A stretch of DNA of 64,000 bases from Bacillota bacterium (GTDB lineage: Bacteria > Bacillota > Dehalobacteriia > UBA4068). The notes beneath the pieces were generated by a model. The model saw nothing but the letters and a program-made list of their open reading frames with translations, was not told the origin of the DNA and ran no database searches. Below are positions 8,814 through 19,238 of the stretch, in pieces. The stretch spans positions 357-64,356 of the forward strand of contig JBMNOA010000004.1 in NCBI GenBank assembly GCA_050942825.1, read 5' to 3'. The position numbers were made by a program, and so were the translations under genes. Each line of letters starts with the position of its first letter. The stretch's first letter is position 1.

Positions 8814-9830
8814 TTAACCGCCTTCTATCAAGCGTAGTACATCGCGATAGGTAATAATGACCATCAAGCCGATCAGAAGAGCAAAGCCGATAAAATGGAT
8901 CATGCCCTCTCTTTCTCTCTTGATCGGTTTGCGCCTTATACCCTCGACAGCCAAAAATACCAAACGGCTGCCATCTAAGGCAGGTATAGGCAAAAGATTG
9001 ATTACACCTAAATTGATACTTAAAAAACCTGTCAAGATCAATAGGTTTTGCCATCCTGTACTTGCCGCCTGGCCAACTATAGTAACCACGCCTACCGGTC
9101 CCGCTACATCAAGAGGCATTTGTCCGCTAACCATTTTTATCAGTGTCAATAAAAGTAATTTGGTCAATTCATAAGATTGACGGAAGCCCAAGGCAATCGA
9201 TTCACCCAGCCCCCTGGTCTCCATCAGGGGTGAAATGCCCACCATCCAGCGGTCACTGGCTTCATCATGATAAGGCTTTATCTTTAAAGGAAGATGTTGA
9301 CCGTCTCTTAAAACTACTACATTTAGGACTTCTCCCGGCGGTTGTTCCTGGATAACGGTGACAATATCGTTCCAGGTCTCAGTTTTTTGACCATTTATTT
9401 CTACTATAGCATCATTTTCTTTCATACCAGCAACTTGAGCAGCTTGCCCGGGTACGGTAGAACCAACAATATTGCTGGAGGAAGGCATACCCATCATCAT
9501 AAAAACAATAATAAAAATTATTATAGCTGCCACAAAATTCATCAAAGGACCTCCGGCTACCACCAGCATCCTTTGCCAAACTTTTTTTCTATTGAAGGCG
9601 CGAGGATCTGCGCTGTCCTCATCCTCACCCATCATCATACAAGCTCCGCCAATGGGCAAAGCTCTCAGAGTATATTCAGTTTCCTTTCTTTTAAAACCGA
9701 ACACTTTAGGCCCTAGACCCAAAGAAAATTCATAGACATAGATACCGTTGGCTTTGGCCAAAAGATAATGCCCTAATTCATGCGATACAATCAATATTAC
9801 AAAAATAAATATCGCTATCAATATACCCAA
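8814..9830 (-). CDS. rseP: RIP metalloprotease RseP/RasP
   Basis: HELGH, PDZ domain, NLLPIPALDG. Confidence 0.95.
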   Translation of the reverse strand: MGILIAIFIFVILIVSHELGHYLLAKANGIYVYEFSLGLGPKVFGFKRKETEYTLRALPIGGACMMMGEDEDSADPRAFNRKKVWQRMLVVAGGPLMNFVAAIIIFIIVFMMMGMPSSSNIVGSTVPGQAAQVAGMKENDAIVEINGQKTETWNDIVTVIQEQPPGEVLNVVVLRDGQHLPLKIKPYHDEASDRWMVGISPLMETRGLGESIALGFRQSYELTKLLLLTLIKMVSGQMPLDVAGPVGVVTIVGQAASTGWQNLLILTGFLSINLGVINLLPIPALDGSRLVFLAVEGIRRKPIKREREGMIHFIGFALLIGLMVIITYRDVLRLIEGG

Positions 9831-9833
9831 GTT

Positions 9834-10985
9834 TTAGCCTCCTATAATTTTTCTTATTAAATCACGAGCTGTGGCATCAGCCTCCAAGATATCTGCTAGA
9901 TCTGCTTTATAAGAAGGCTGATGTCTTTCCAACACTATTTCAATATTCTTGCCAATTTGCGCAAAAGATATTTGGTCTCGCAAATAAGCCCTCACCAATT
10001 CTTCATTAGCCGCATTCATGGCGGCAGGATAAGTGCCGCCCGCATTACCAGCCTGATAAGCTAGTGCCAAACAGGGGAATTTTTGCAGATCCGGCCGCTC
10101 AAAAGTCAAACTGCCAATCTGGGCCAAATCAACATTTTGCAAACTATTGGCCCTACGCTGTGGATATGTCAAAGCATATTGGATAGGGATACGCATATCT
10201 GGCGGCCCCAAATGGGCCAACAGAGACCCATCTTGATATTGTACTAAAGAATGTATCACACTTTCTTTGTGGATCACTACCTGAATTTTATCATAAGGCA
10301 TAGCAAAAAGCCAATGCGCTTCGATCACTTCCAAGCCCTTGTTCATTAATGAGGCCGAATCAATAGTAATTTTGGGTCCCATATTCCAAGTTGGGTGCTT
10401 TAAAGCGTCCTCGGCTTTAACTTGAGCCAACTTCTCTGCCGGCCAATCCCTGAAAGGGCCGCCGGAAGCAGTTAAAATCAGATAGTCTATTGCTGATTTA
10501 TCATCTTTCAGGCACTGGAAGACAGCCGAATGTTCACTATCGACGGGTAAAATAGAAACTCCTTTCTGCCGAGCTAAATCCATGACCAAATGGCCGGCAG
10601 CTACCAAAACTTCTTTATTGGCCAAAGCAATATTTTTACCGGTCTTAATAGCGGCAATCACAGGGGCAAGACCGGCAACTCCGGAAATAGCCGCCACTAC
10701 GGTATCGACTTGTGGCAAAGTCGCTGCAGCTACCAGCCCTTCCTGCCCTACCACTATCTCTCCCTGATAACCGCTGAGGGCTTCTTTCAATAAAGCATAC
10801 CTGCTCTCATCAGCGATGGCAACCATAGGCGGATGATATTTTTCCACCTGTTTTTGCAAAAGCTCAATATTGCTGTGTGCCGCTAAGGCCCCAACAGTAA
10901 AGTCAGAGTCAAACCAATCGATAACATCTAAAGTTTGTCTGCCGATCGAGCCAGTAGAGCCTAATAGGGCGATATTTTTAGTCAT
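9834..10985 (-). CDS. dxr: DXP reductoisomerase
   Basis: LLGSTGSIG, LANKE, PVDSEHSA, HPTWNMGPKITIDSA. Confidence 0.98.
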   Translation of the reverse strand: MTKNIALLGSTGSIGRQTLDVIDWFDSDFTVGALAAHSNIELLQKQVEKYHPPMVAIADESRYALLKEALSGYQGEIVVGQEGLVAAATLPQVDTVVAAISGVAGLAPVIAAIKTGKNIALANKEVLVAAGHLVMDLARQKGVSILPVDSEHSAVFQCLKDDKSAIDYLILTASGGPFRDWPAEKLAQVKAEDALKHPTWNMGPKITIDSASLMNKGLEVIEAHWLFAMPYDKIQVVIHKESVIHSLVQYQDGSLLAHLGPPDMRIPIQYALTYPQRRANSLQNVDLAQIGSLTFERPDLQKFPCLALAYQAGNAGGTYPAAMNAANEELVRAYLRDQISFAQIGKNIEIVLERHQPSYKADLADILEADATARDLIRKIIGG

Positions 10986-11006
10986 GCGAGTTTTTTCACA
11001 TCCAGA

Positions 11007-12110
11007 TCAAGATTTTATATTTATAGGTCCCTTATTAAGTCGGTAGAAGGCTACGACAATAGCCAATAATATCGGACCAAAGATCAAACCCATAATACCA
11101 AAAATTTGCAAACCGACAAAAATAGCAGCCAAAGTAGCCAAAGGGTGCAATCCTATACGGTCACCGACTAATTTTGGCTCTAAGATATTGCGCACAGCCA
11201 CCAGGATAATATAAAAGATTATCAAACCAAAGCCCAACCAGGTATTACCGATGATAAAGCAATAAATAATCCAAGGAATAATCAAAAATCCTGCACCTAG
11301 TAAAGGCAATGCATCCAACATGCCGGTCAATAAACCAATAGCCAAAGCACCTTCTACCTGCAGAATATAATAGAAAACTATACATATACAGGTAGAAATG
11401 GTAGACAAGATAATCTGCGATCTGGCATAACCGCCGATAATCTTTTCCAAAGAATCATAAGCAAGGGACACTTGGTTTTTTTTTGCGGCAGGGGTGATTT
11501 TAAATAATAATTTGCGCAGCAAATCTTCGTCGCGGCTGAAAAAGAAGGTGGCAACAAAAACAATGAGTATAAATAAAAATATCGTGGGTGTATTTTGCAA
11601 AAAACCCAGCAAGGAGATGAAAAATCCCTCCAGCATCTGATTGACAAATTTTCCACCGACGGAGAATATTTTTTCGATATCTATGAAACCATGAGGAGAG
11701 GCATGAAGCTTTAAAGAAATATCATTAATAAGTAGTGATAATCTTTCTATGCCATCTTGTAAAATCAGCAAATTATCTGATATATTGCTTATCTCAAAAA
11801 CAATACGCGTAATCACAATATAACAAACCCAAAACAATAAAAAAACCAAAACGGCCATCATGAGCAAAACAGAAGCTGCTTTGGGCATATGTAATCTATA
11901 TGTAAGATATTCCACCACAGGCCTGGTGATAATGGATATTATCCAAGCGATGATAAAGGGAGTGAATATGATAAGTAAAAAAGTGAGAATCTTTTCTAAA
12001 ACAGGTAATAAATAATTGTAGGAAATTATGATCAATACTATTATCAGAAGGATGATCAGTACTTTTAGAAGAAGTTTTATCAAAGACTCCTGATCCATAT
12101 TCTTGAGCAT
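11007..12110 (-). CDS. ytvI: Sporulation integral membrane protein YtvI (AI-2E family)
   Basis: Multi-TM protein; RNILEPKLVGDRIGLHPLATL...G..GLIFGP. Confidence 0.85.
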   Translation of the reverse strand: MLKNMDQESLIKLLLKVLIILLIIVLIIISYNYLLPVLEKILTFLLIIFTPFIIAWIISIITRPVVEYLTYRLHMPKAASVLLMMAVLVFLLFWVCYIVITRIVFEISNISDNLLILQDGIERLSLLINDISLKLHASPHGFIDIEKIFSVGGKFVNQMLEGFFISLLGFLQNTPTIFLFILIVFVATFFFSRDEDLLRKLLFKITPAAKKNQVSLAYDSLEKIIGGYARSQIILSTISTCICIVFYYILQVEGALAIGLLTGMLDALPLLGAGFLIIPWIIYCFIIGNTWLGFGLIIFYIILVAVRNILEPKLVGDRIGLHPLATLAAIFVGLQIFGIMGLIFGPILLAIVVAFYRLNKGPINIKS

Positions 12111-12145
12111 ATCAATCTCTTTTCTTCTGGCAGTCCTGCTAAAAA

Positions 12146-12928
12146 CTAAGCCGCAAACAGAAGAAGAAAATAAACAAAAGGAGCTACAAATAATATACTG
12201 TCAAAACGGTCCAAAGCCCCCCCATGGCCGGGGAAAAGGTTGCCCGAATCCTTGATGCCGGCCCAGCGTTTGATCAAAGATTCCCACAGATCTCCGAACT
12301 GACCGGCCACAGAACCTATTATGGCCAACAACACCACATGATACCATAAGAGATCCATAAGCAAAAATCCATAAATAACAGTAATTATAGTAGCCGAGAT
12401 TATGCCGCCTATAGCACCTGCTATAGTTTTATTGGGGCTGATGGTGGGCGCCAATTTCTTTTTGCCAAAAGTACGGCCAAAGAAATAAGCTCCTACATCA
12501 GTAGCCCAAGTAATCAAAAAGGCTAAAAACAAAATGTTGAAATCAGCGGCCGATAAACGTAAAAGCAGGACAAAACCAAAACCTAATCCTATATAAATAA
12601 TACCGCCAAAATGCAACATTATGCCTGTAAAATTAATTTGTTTTATCATCATGGTCCACAAGATCAGCAAAACCAAAATAATCATCAGGATCAAGCCCAA
12701 AAAGGCCCAAGCCTCATAGCCAACAGCTACCATAATGGCGATACCTGCCGCTATGAGCAAGGGATAAGGCGCCTCAAGGACTCTTATTTCAACCATGCGT
12801 CCATATTCAAACAGGCTTGCTGCGACCAAAAACCCTAAACCCAGCATCAAGGGTATGCCGCCCCAATAAATCAAAAACAAGAGAATCGGTACATAAATGG
12901 CCGCTGTAATTATCCTCGTTTTTAGCAT
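12146..12928 (-). CDS. cdsA: Phosphatidate cytidylyltransferase
   Basis: WATDVGAYFFG...KLAPTISPNKT...GDLWES..KR...KDSG..FPGHGG.LDRFDS. Confidence 0.97.
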   Translation of the reverse strand: MLKTRIITAAIYVPILLFLIYWGGIPLMLGLGFLVAASLFEYGRMVEIRVLEAPYPLLIAAGIAIMVAVGYEAWAFLGLILMIILVLLILWTMMIKQINFTGIMLHFGGIIYIGLGFGFVLLLRLSAADFNILFLAFLITWATDVGAYFFGRTFGKKKLAPTISPNKTIAGAIGGIISATIITVIYGFLLMDLLWYHVVLLAIIGSVAGQFGDLWESLIKRWAGIKDSGNLFPGHGGALDRFDSILFVAPFVYFLLLFAA

Positions 12929-12946
12929 AAAATCTCCTTTGTAGCG

Positions 12947-13735
12947 CTATATCCCGCCAAAGCGACGATTACGTTTTTGATATTCCAAAATAGCCTTTAG
13001 CAATTCCTCGGGGGTAAAATCAGGCCACAGTATATCTGTATAATAAAATTCGGCATATGCCAATTGCCATAGCAGGAAATTACTGATACGCAATTCACCG
13101 GATGGACGGATTAATAGATCAGGATCAGGTATATCGGCAGTATAAAGCCGCTCTGCCAGTGAGTTTTCATCAATCTCAGCAACAGAGAGCTTGCCGGCCA
13201 GTACATCCTCAGCCAAAGTACGGGCGGCATGGGCGATCTCTTTTCTAGAACCATAATTAACAGCTAAACAAAAAGTCAGACCGGTATTATCGGCCGTCCT
13301 TTTCATGGCAGTGATAAATTCTTTTTTGACCCTCTCCGGCAAAAGATCCAGCTCACCAATAGCTTTGACCTTGACATTTTTTTCATGCATAGCCAAAAGC
13401 TCTTTTCTCAGATATTCAATAAATAAATTCATGATAAAGCTGATTTCGGCTGTGGGCCTTTTCCAATTTTCTGTTGAGAAGGCAAAGACGGTAACAATCT
13501 TGATACCCATGTCATCACAAATTTCGATGATGTGGCGCAAAGCCTCCGCCCCATAGCGATGACCCATAGGACGCGGCAGATGCCTTTCCTTAGCCCAGCG
13601 CCCATTACCATCCATAATAATTGCAATATGCTGGGGTAAATTATCAGGATCGATAGCAGCCAGCAATTGTTCTTTTTTTGGTGTATTGACCAAGAAAGCC
13701 TTATTATCATTAGAGGCTTTTCTGAAAATATTCAC
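12947..13735 (-). CDS. uppS: Undecaprenyl diphosphate synthase
   Basis: HIAIIMDGNGRWA, FSTENWKRP, DLLIRPSGELRISNFLLWQ. Confidence 0.97.
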   Translation of the reverse strand: MNIFRKASNDNKAFLVNTPKKEQLLAAIDPDNLPQHIAIIMDGNGRWAKERHLPRPMGHRYGAEALRHIIEICDDMGIKIVTVFAFSTENWKRPTAEISFIMNLFIEYLRKELLAMHEKNVKVKAIGELDLLPERVKKEFITAMKRTADNTGLTFCLAVNYGSRKEIAHAARTLAEDVLAGKLSVAEIDENSLAERLYTADIPDPDLLIRPSGELRISNFLLWQLAYAEFYYTDILWPDFTPEELLKAILEYQKRNRRFGGI

Positions 13736-13786
13736 AAAGTCATGCTCCTCTGTTATTATTATTTTTTATTATCTCATACTTTATCT

Positions 13787-13826
13787 AAAAAATCAAAGGC
13801 CTTCTCAAAAAGAGAAGGCCTTTGAT
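13787..13826 (-). terminator. Intrinsic terminator after the ferredoxin gene
   Basis: ATCAAAGGCCTTCTC/GAGAAGGCCTTTGAT 15-bp stem, followed by U6 on the minus strand. Confidence 0.85.
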
Positions 13827-13838
13827 GTATGTCTTTGA

Positions 13839-14006
13839 TTATGATTCAACAATCGCATTTACAGGGCAGCAATCAACACAAGCACCACATTCGGTACAAG
13901 AATCAGCGGAGATGCTGTAAATGTCACCTTCTTGAATAGCTCCTGACGGACATTCTGCCAAGCAGCTACCACAAGCCAAACATTCTTCAGTAATCGAATA
14001 TGCCAT
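13839..14006 (-). CDS. Clostridial-type 2[4Fe-4S] ferredoxin, 55 aa; not in the ORF track
   Basis: Hand translation: MAYSITEECLACGSCLAECPSGAIQEGDIYSISADSCTECGACVDCCPVNAIVES*; two CxxCxxCxxxCP motifs; GGAGGTG RBS. Confidence 0.96.
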   Translation of the reverse strand: MAYSITEECLACGSCLAECPSGAIQEGDIYSISADSCTECGACVDCCPVNAIVES

Positions 14007-14080
14007 TAATATACACCTCCCTCCTTAAACTATTTTAAGGAAAGTTTATTTTGGATCATATAATTATCTAGTGCTTAATT

Positions 14081-14638
14081 CTATATCTCCATAATCTCTT
14101 TTTCTTTTTGTTCTAAGATTTCCTCTAGCTTTTTGATACTTTTATTGGTGATTTTCTGAATTTCGTCCAGGCCGCGTACGCTTTCATCTTCAGAAACGCT
14201 TTTGGATTTCTCCAAATCTTTGATCATATCATTAAGGTCTCTTCTAATATTGCGTATGGCAACTTTAGCTTCTTCGGTTTTTTTGTTACACACTTTAACC
14301 AATTCTTTACGCCGCTCTTCCGTTAGTGGAGGAATATTGATCCTAATCACTGAGCCGTCGCTATGAGGCGTAAGTCCTAAATCTGATTTCAGTATGGCTT
14401 TTTCAATAATGGGAACGGTATTTTTATCCCAGGGCTGGATAAGAATAAGACGTGGTTCCGGACAAGAAATGTTGGAAGTTTGATTAATCGCGGTAGGTGT
14501 ACCATAATAATCTACCAAAACTTTATCTAATATGGCAGGATTAGCTCTGCCGGCGCGCAAAGAGGAAAATTCTTTGGACAAAACCTGGGCAACCTTATCC
14601 ATTCTCACTTGAGCATCAGACAAAACATCTTTAATCAT
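14081..14638 (-). CDS. frr: Ribosome recycling factor
   Basis: [23 protein letters not shown]; start overlaps the pyrH stop. Confidence 0.97.
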   Translation of the reverse strand: MIKDVLSDAQVRMDKVAQVLSKEFSSLRAGRANPAILDKVLVDYYGTPTAINQTSNISCPEPRLILIQPWDKNTVPIIEKAILKSDLGLTPHSDGSVIRINIPPLTEERRKELVKVCNKKTEEAKVAIRNIRRDLNDMIKDLEKSKSVSEDESVRGLDEIQKITNKSIKKLEEILEQKEKEIMEI

Positions 14639-15356
14639 CAACTTCACCTCCTAAATATGTGCCTATTCCTTTGTCCATTACGACATTAAAAATATTATTA
14701 GGCCGCGTAATATCAAAAACAACGATCGGAATAGCATTATCCTTACATAAAGAAGCAGCTGTAGAATCCATAACCTGCAATTCTAAATTAAGAACTTCCA
14801 TATAAGTGAGATTATCAAATTTTTTTGCGTTGGGATTCTTATTGGGGTCGCTATCATATACACCATCAACTTTTTTAGCCATCAAAATAATTTCGGCTTC
14901 TATTTCAGCGGCACGCAAGGCAGCGGTAGTATCGGTAGAAAAATACGGGCTGCCTGTCCCGGCAGCAAAAATAACTACTCTGCCCTTTTCCAAATGTCTG
15001 ATAGCGCGGCGACGTATATATGGCTCGGCCACGGCTCTCATCTCAATAGCTGACTGAACTCTCGTGACGACATCCAATTTTTCCAAAGCATCTTGAAGAG
15101 CCAAAGAATTAATTACCGTAGCGAGCATCCCCATATAATCAGCTGTGGAGCGATCCATCCCTTTGGAACTGCCGGAAATACCTCTCCAGATATTGCCTCC
15201 GCCCACTACAATTGCTACTTGTATACCTAAACGATTAAGATCTTTGACTTGAGATGCAATTGCATTAAGAGTTTTTTGCTCAAGACCATAGCCCATATCA
15301 CCGGCTAAGGATTCGCCGCTGATTTTTAGTACCAACCTTTTATATTTGGGCTGCAA
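14631..15356 (-). CDS. pyrH: UMP kinase
   Basis: [36 protein letters not shown]; TTG start inferred from RBS spacing. Confidence 0.97.
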   Translation of the reverse strand: MQPKYKRLVLKISGESLAGDMGYGLEQKTLNAIASQVKDLNRLGIQVAIVVGGGNIWRGISGSSKGMDRSTADYMGMLATVINSLALQDALEKLDVVTRVQSAIEMRAVAEPYIRRRAIRHLEKGRVVIFAAGTGSPYFSTDTTAALRAAEIEAEIILMAKKVDGVYDSDPNKNPNAKKFDNLTYMEVLNLELQVMDSTAASLCKDNAIPIVVFDITRPNNIFNVVMDKGIGTYLGGEVDD

Positions 15357-15488
15357 AACGATCACCGCTCCTTTTTGTAGATTATTGATTGTATACCATT
15401 AGGAATTTCTGCATAGCAGAGGAAATTCCTCCATTAAAAAAGGATTATTTATTGGAATTTTTTTCGTTTTTTATTTTTTAGCTTGCGG

Positions 15489-16139
15489 CTATTGGCATTG
15501 GCTCATAGCTGCTACTTCTTCGGCTAAATTGCTTTGTTTTTTCTCGATGCCTTCACCGACTTGGAAACGGGCAAAACGGCGAATGGAAATATTCTCACCA
15601 ATAACGGCTATTTTCTCAGTTAAAACTTGCTGAATAGTTTTGTCGGTGTCCTTGATGAAAGGTTGTTCTAAAAGGCAAACTTCTTTGTAATATTTTTCTA
15701 TGCGTCCTTCCACCATTTTTTCGGCAATATTTTCCGGTTTGCCTTCGTTCATGGCTTGAGATTTTAAAATTTCTCTTTCTTTTTGGATATTTTCCGCTGG
15801 CACTTCTTCGCGGCTGACATATGCGGGATTAGAAGCAGCGATCTGCATGGCTATATCACGACATAATTCTTTATATTCAGGAGTTTTGGCCACAAAATCT
15901 GTTTCGCAATTTACTTCTACCAAAACACCTATTTTTCCCGCTCCATGGATATATGCTTCCACCAGACCTTCGGCAGCAATACGGCCGGATTTTTTAGCGG
16001 CGGAGGCCAGACCTTTTTCTCTCAAATAGTCGATAGCTTTTTCTATATCAGCGTTACATTCAGTTAAGGCTTTTTTGCAGTCCATCATGCCTGCACCCGT
16101 TCTTTCTCTTAATTCTTTTACCATAGCAGCACTAACCAT
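15489..16139 (-). CDS. tsf: Elongation factor Ts (short type)
   Basis: [27 protein letters not shown]. Confidence 0.97.
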   Translation of the reverse strand: MVSAAMVKELRERTGAGMMDCKKALTECNADIEKAIDYLREKGLASAAKKSGRIAAEGLVEAYIHGAGKIGVLVEVNCETDFVAKTPEYKELCRDIAMQIAASNPAYVSREEVPAENIQKEREILKSQAMNEGKPENIAEKMVEGRIEKYYKEVCLLEQPFIKDTDKTIQQVLTEKIAVIGENISIRRFARFQVGEGIEKKQSNLAEEVAAMSQCQ

Positions 16140-16183
16140 TTATAAAAAACCTCCTTAAACTTAAATTATTTAATTTTAGCTTA

Positions 16184-16211
16184 AAGGCAGGGATATCTTC
16201 ATCCCTGCCTT
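16184..16211 (-). terminator. Hairpin between rpsB and tsf (attenuator, stabiliser or weak terminator)
   Basis: AAGGCAGGGAT-6 nt-ATCCCTGCCTT. Confidence 0.55.
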
Positions 16212-16218
16212 ATAATTT

Positions 16219-16989
16219 TTAGACTTCTGCGGCTGGGGTTTCTGCCGGGACGTCTTTGCTGACTGCATCATTATCTGCAGTAGCTTCCACAGCTGCCGCC
16301 ATAGATTGGCCTTGGTTGGCCTCAATGATAGCATCGGCCATTTTAGCAGATAATAACTTCACCGCACGAATAGCATCATCATTGCCGGGAATGACATAAT
16401 CAATCTCATCGGGATCACAATTTGTGTCAACAATGGCCACGATAGGTATTCCTAAACGACGCGCCTCCGCAACGGCAATTTTTTCTTTTCTAGGATCAAC
16501 AATGAAAAGTGCACCGGGCAATTTCTTCATGTCCTTGATGCCACCCAAAAAGCGTTCTAACTTATCTTTTTCAGCCCGTAATTTAGATACTTCTTTTTTG
16601 GGCAATAACTCAAAAGTGCCATCTTCTTCCATTTTTTCCAATTGACGTAAATAATCTATACGTTTTTGGATGGTATGGAAATTGGTCAGCATACCGCCCA
16701 ACCAACGTTCATTAACATAATACATATTAGATCTGATGGCTTCTTCTTTGATGGAATCTTGAGCTTGTTTTTTGGTACCCACAAAAAGCACGCTTTTACC
16801 TTCTTCGGCTACAGAGCGGATAAAATTATAAGCTTCCTCCACTTTGCGAACAGTTTTTTGCAGGTCAATGATATAAATGCCATTACGTTCAGTAAAGATG
16901 TACTTGCTCATTTTAGGGTTCCAGCGACGGGTTTGGTGACCGAAATGCACACCGGCCTCCAACAATTGTTTCATAGAAATAACATCCAT
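16219..16989 (-). CDS. rpsB: 30S ribosomal protein S2
   Basis: [38 protein letters not shown]. Confidence 0.99.
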   Translation of the reverse strand: MDVISMKQLLEAGVHFGHQTRRWNPKMSKYIFTERNGIYIIDLQKTVRKVEEAYNFIRSVAEEGKSVLFVGTKKQAQDSIKEEAIRSNMYYVNERWLGGMLTNFHTIQKRIDYLRQLEKMEEDGTFELLPKKEVSKLRAEKDKLERFLGGIKDMKKLPGALFIVDPRKEKIAVAEARRLGIPIVAIVDTNCDPDEIDYVIPGNDDAIRAVKLLSAKMADAIIEANQGQSMAAAVEATADNDAVSKDVPAETPAAEV

Positions 16990-16994
16990 TTTTA

Positions 16995-17085
16995 CTTCCT
17001 CCTTTTGTTTTACCACCGACATTTCTAAAGCCTGCCCACCGCAAGCGGCACTAGAGCGGCTAATTCATGTCGTGTGTATTTATAC
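16995..17085 (-). promoter_or_regulatory. rpsB leader (S2 autoregulatory RNA)
   Basis: ACACACGACAT...ATGTCGGTGG-TAAAAC: conserved ACACACG start, CGACAT/ATGTCG stem and downstream AAAC, as in known S2 leaders. Confidence 0.65.
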
Positions 17086-17093
17086 CAGCGCTA

Positions 17094-17122
17094 AGTATAG
17101 CATAATATAAATATTATTGCAA
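17094..17122 (-). promoter_or_regulatory. rpsB sigma-A promoter
   Basis: TTGCAA-17-TATACT with an extended TG. Confidence 0.75.
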
Positions 17123-17173
17123 TAGATTTAGCTGCAATACTTGCGCAGTACCTGATATAGCTTGTCCAAATAT

Positions 17174-17196
17174 AACAGGCGGCTGAGCCGCTTGTT
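17174..17196 (-). terminator. Probable terminator after hslU
   Basis: AACAGGCGGC-tga-GCCGCTTGTT hairpin; weak U-tract. Confidence 0.5.
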
Positions 17197-17200
17197 GTTT

Positions 17201-18619
17201 TTATAAAATAAAGCGGCTCAAATCTTCGTTTTGCGCAATATCTTTGAGCTTCGTTTCGACAAATTTTCTGTCTATTTTTACTCGGCCACGGGCATTTTCG
17301 GGCGCCTCAAATAGTAGATCTTCCAATACCTTTTCCAGGATGGTGTGTAGTCTCCTGGCACCGATATTTTCCGTATTCCTGTTCACCCTATCGGCAAATT
17401 CAGCTATGGCATCAATACCGTCGCTAGTAAACTCGGCCTCCACTCCGTCTACTTTCAACATGGCCTCATATTGCTTGATCAGGGAATTTTTCGGTTCCAA
17501 TAAAATGCGGCGCAAATCTTCCATATTAAGATTATCCAGCTCTACACGGATAGGGAAACGCCCCTGAAGCTCGGGGATGAGATCGGAGGGCTTGGAAAGG
17601 TGAAAAGCTCCGGCAGCTATAAAGAGTATATGATCGGTTTTGATAGGACCATACTTGGTCATGACTGTGCAACCTTCTACAATAGGCAAGATATCCCTTT
17701 GCACTCCGCCACGCGAAATATCGGGTCCATGACCGCCCTCTTTACCGGCAATTTTGTCTATTTCGTCTAAGAAGATGATACCGGATTGTTCGGCTTTTTC
17801 TATGCCCAAGAGCGTAACTTCATCAGTATCTATGAGTTTTTCCGCTTCTTCCTGAGTGAGTATTTTTTTGGCTTCGGCAACGGAAACTTTACGCTTTTTA
17901 TGTTTTTTAGGCATGATTCCACCTAAAATACCCTGCATATTGATACCCATCTCTTCCATTCCGTCACCCAAAGCTCCCAAAGCCATGGTATTATTTTCTT
18001 CGACTTCAATTTCTACTATCTCTTTATCCAAAGCTCCTTTGGCAAGTTGATCACGCAGCCATACCCGTCTGCGTCTGATATCTTCTTCTTTTTTCAGCTC
18101 TTTTTCCTGTTCTTCGGGGCTCTCTTCAACGCTGGTCTCAGTGTTTCCAAAAAACATATTTAGAGGATTAGCCATATTAAAATTATGGTTGCGGCTTTTG
18201 CTAGGCAGAGGAGCCAACAAATTCAAAAGACGCAATTCCGCGGCAGCTGCTGCTTTTTCCTTGACCTTTTCCATTTTTTCATTACGGACCATTCTGATAG
18301 AGGTTTCCAGCAAATCACGAATCATAGATTCTACATCACGTCCTACATACCCCACCTCGGTAAATTTGGTGGCCTCTACTTTGATAAAGGGAGCTTCCAC
18401 CAGCTTTGCCAAACGGCGGGCGATTTCGGTTTTGCCTACGCCTGTAGGTCCGATCATGATGATGTTTTTTGGCAGGATTTCTTCCTGTATGGTAGCATCC
18501 AGCTTCTGACGACGATATCGGTTACGCAAAACCACCGCCACACATTTTTTGGCATCTTTTTGGCCGACTATATATTTATCCAGTTCGGCAACTATCTGAG
18601 TCGGAGTTAATTCTTTCAT
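17201..18619 (-). CDS. hslU: ATP-dependent protease ATPase subunit HslU (ClpY)
   Basis: [33 protein letters not shown]. Confidence 0.98.
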   Translation of the reverse strand: MKELTPTQIVAELDKYIVGQKDAKKCVAVVLRNRYRRQKLDATIQEEILPKNIIMIGPTGVGKTEIARRLAKLVEAPFIKVEATKFTEVGYVGRDVESMIRDLLETSIRMVRNEKMEKVKEKAAAAAELRLLNLLAPLPSKSRNHNFNMANPLNMFFGNTETSVEESPEEQEKELKKEEDIRRRRVWLRDQLAKGALDKEIVEIEVEENNTMALGALGDGMEEMGINMQGILGGIMPKKHKKRKVSVAEAKKILTQEEAEKLIDTDEVTLLGIEKAEQSGIIFLDEIDKIAGKEGGHGPDISRGGVQRDILPIVEGCTVMTKYGPIKTDHILFIAAGAFHLSKPSDLIPELQGRFPIRVELDNLNMEDLRRILLEPKNSLIKQYEAMLKVDGVEAEFTSDGIDAIAEFADRVNRNTENIGARRLHTILEKVLEDLLFEAPENARGRVKIDRKFVETKLKDIAQNEDLSRFIL

Positions 18620-18665
18620 ATTGTCCTCCTTTTAGCATTTACAAAAAACAGCTCTCGTATTGATA

Positions 18666-19214
18666 TTATTTCAGCTCTTCTATGCTGATATTCTTATTGG
18701 TATATACGCAAATATCGGAGGCAATATTCATAGCTTCCTTAGCTATTTCTTTGGCGCTTAAATCGCTATAGGCCAACAAAGCTCTGGCTGCAGCCAAAGC
18801 GTAGGTACCCCCTGAACCGATAGCGGCCACATCATCATCCGGCTCAATTACTTCACCGTTACCCGAGATGATGAGCATTTTAGCGCTGGAGGCGACTATC
18901 AAAAGCGCCTCTAGATGGCGCAAATATTTATCTGTTCTCCATTCCCGGGCCAGACCGACAGCGGCTTTTTCAAGATTGCCGCGGCTTTCCTCCAAGCGTC
19001 CCTCAAATTTTTCAAACAGCGTGAAGGCATCGGCCACAGACCCGGCAAAACCGGCGATTACCTTATCATGATATAGGCGGCGGATTTTTTTTGCCCCATG
19101 CTTCATCACTGTAGCATTACCAAAAGTAACCTGACCATCTCCAGCCAAAGCTACTTTATTATCCTTTTTGACGCAAATTATAGTCGTGGCATGAAAAGAA
19201 ATTTTATTATCCAT
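18666..19214 (-). CDS. hslV: ATP-dependent protease subunit HslV (ClpQ)
   Basis: HATTI propeptide/Thr nucleophile, [20 protein letters not shown]. Confidence 0.98.
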   Translation of the reverse strand: MDNKISFHATTIICVKKDNKVALAGDGQVTFGNATVMKHGAKKIRRLYHDKVIAGFAGSVADAFTLFEKFEGRLEESRGNLEKAAVGLAREWRTDKYLRHLEALLIVASSAKMLIISGNGEVIEPDDDVAAIGSGGTYALAAARALLAYSDLSAKEIAKEAMNIASDICVYTNKNISIEELK

Positions 19215-19238
19215 GGCTATCCTCTCTTTCTTGAAAAA

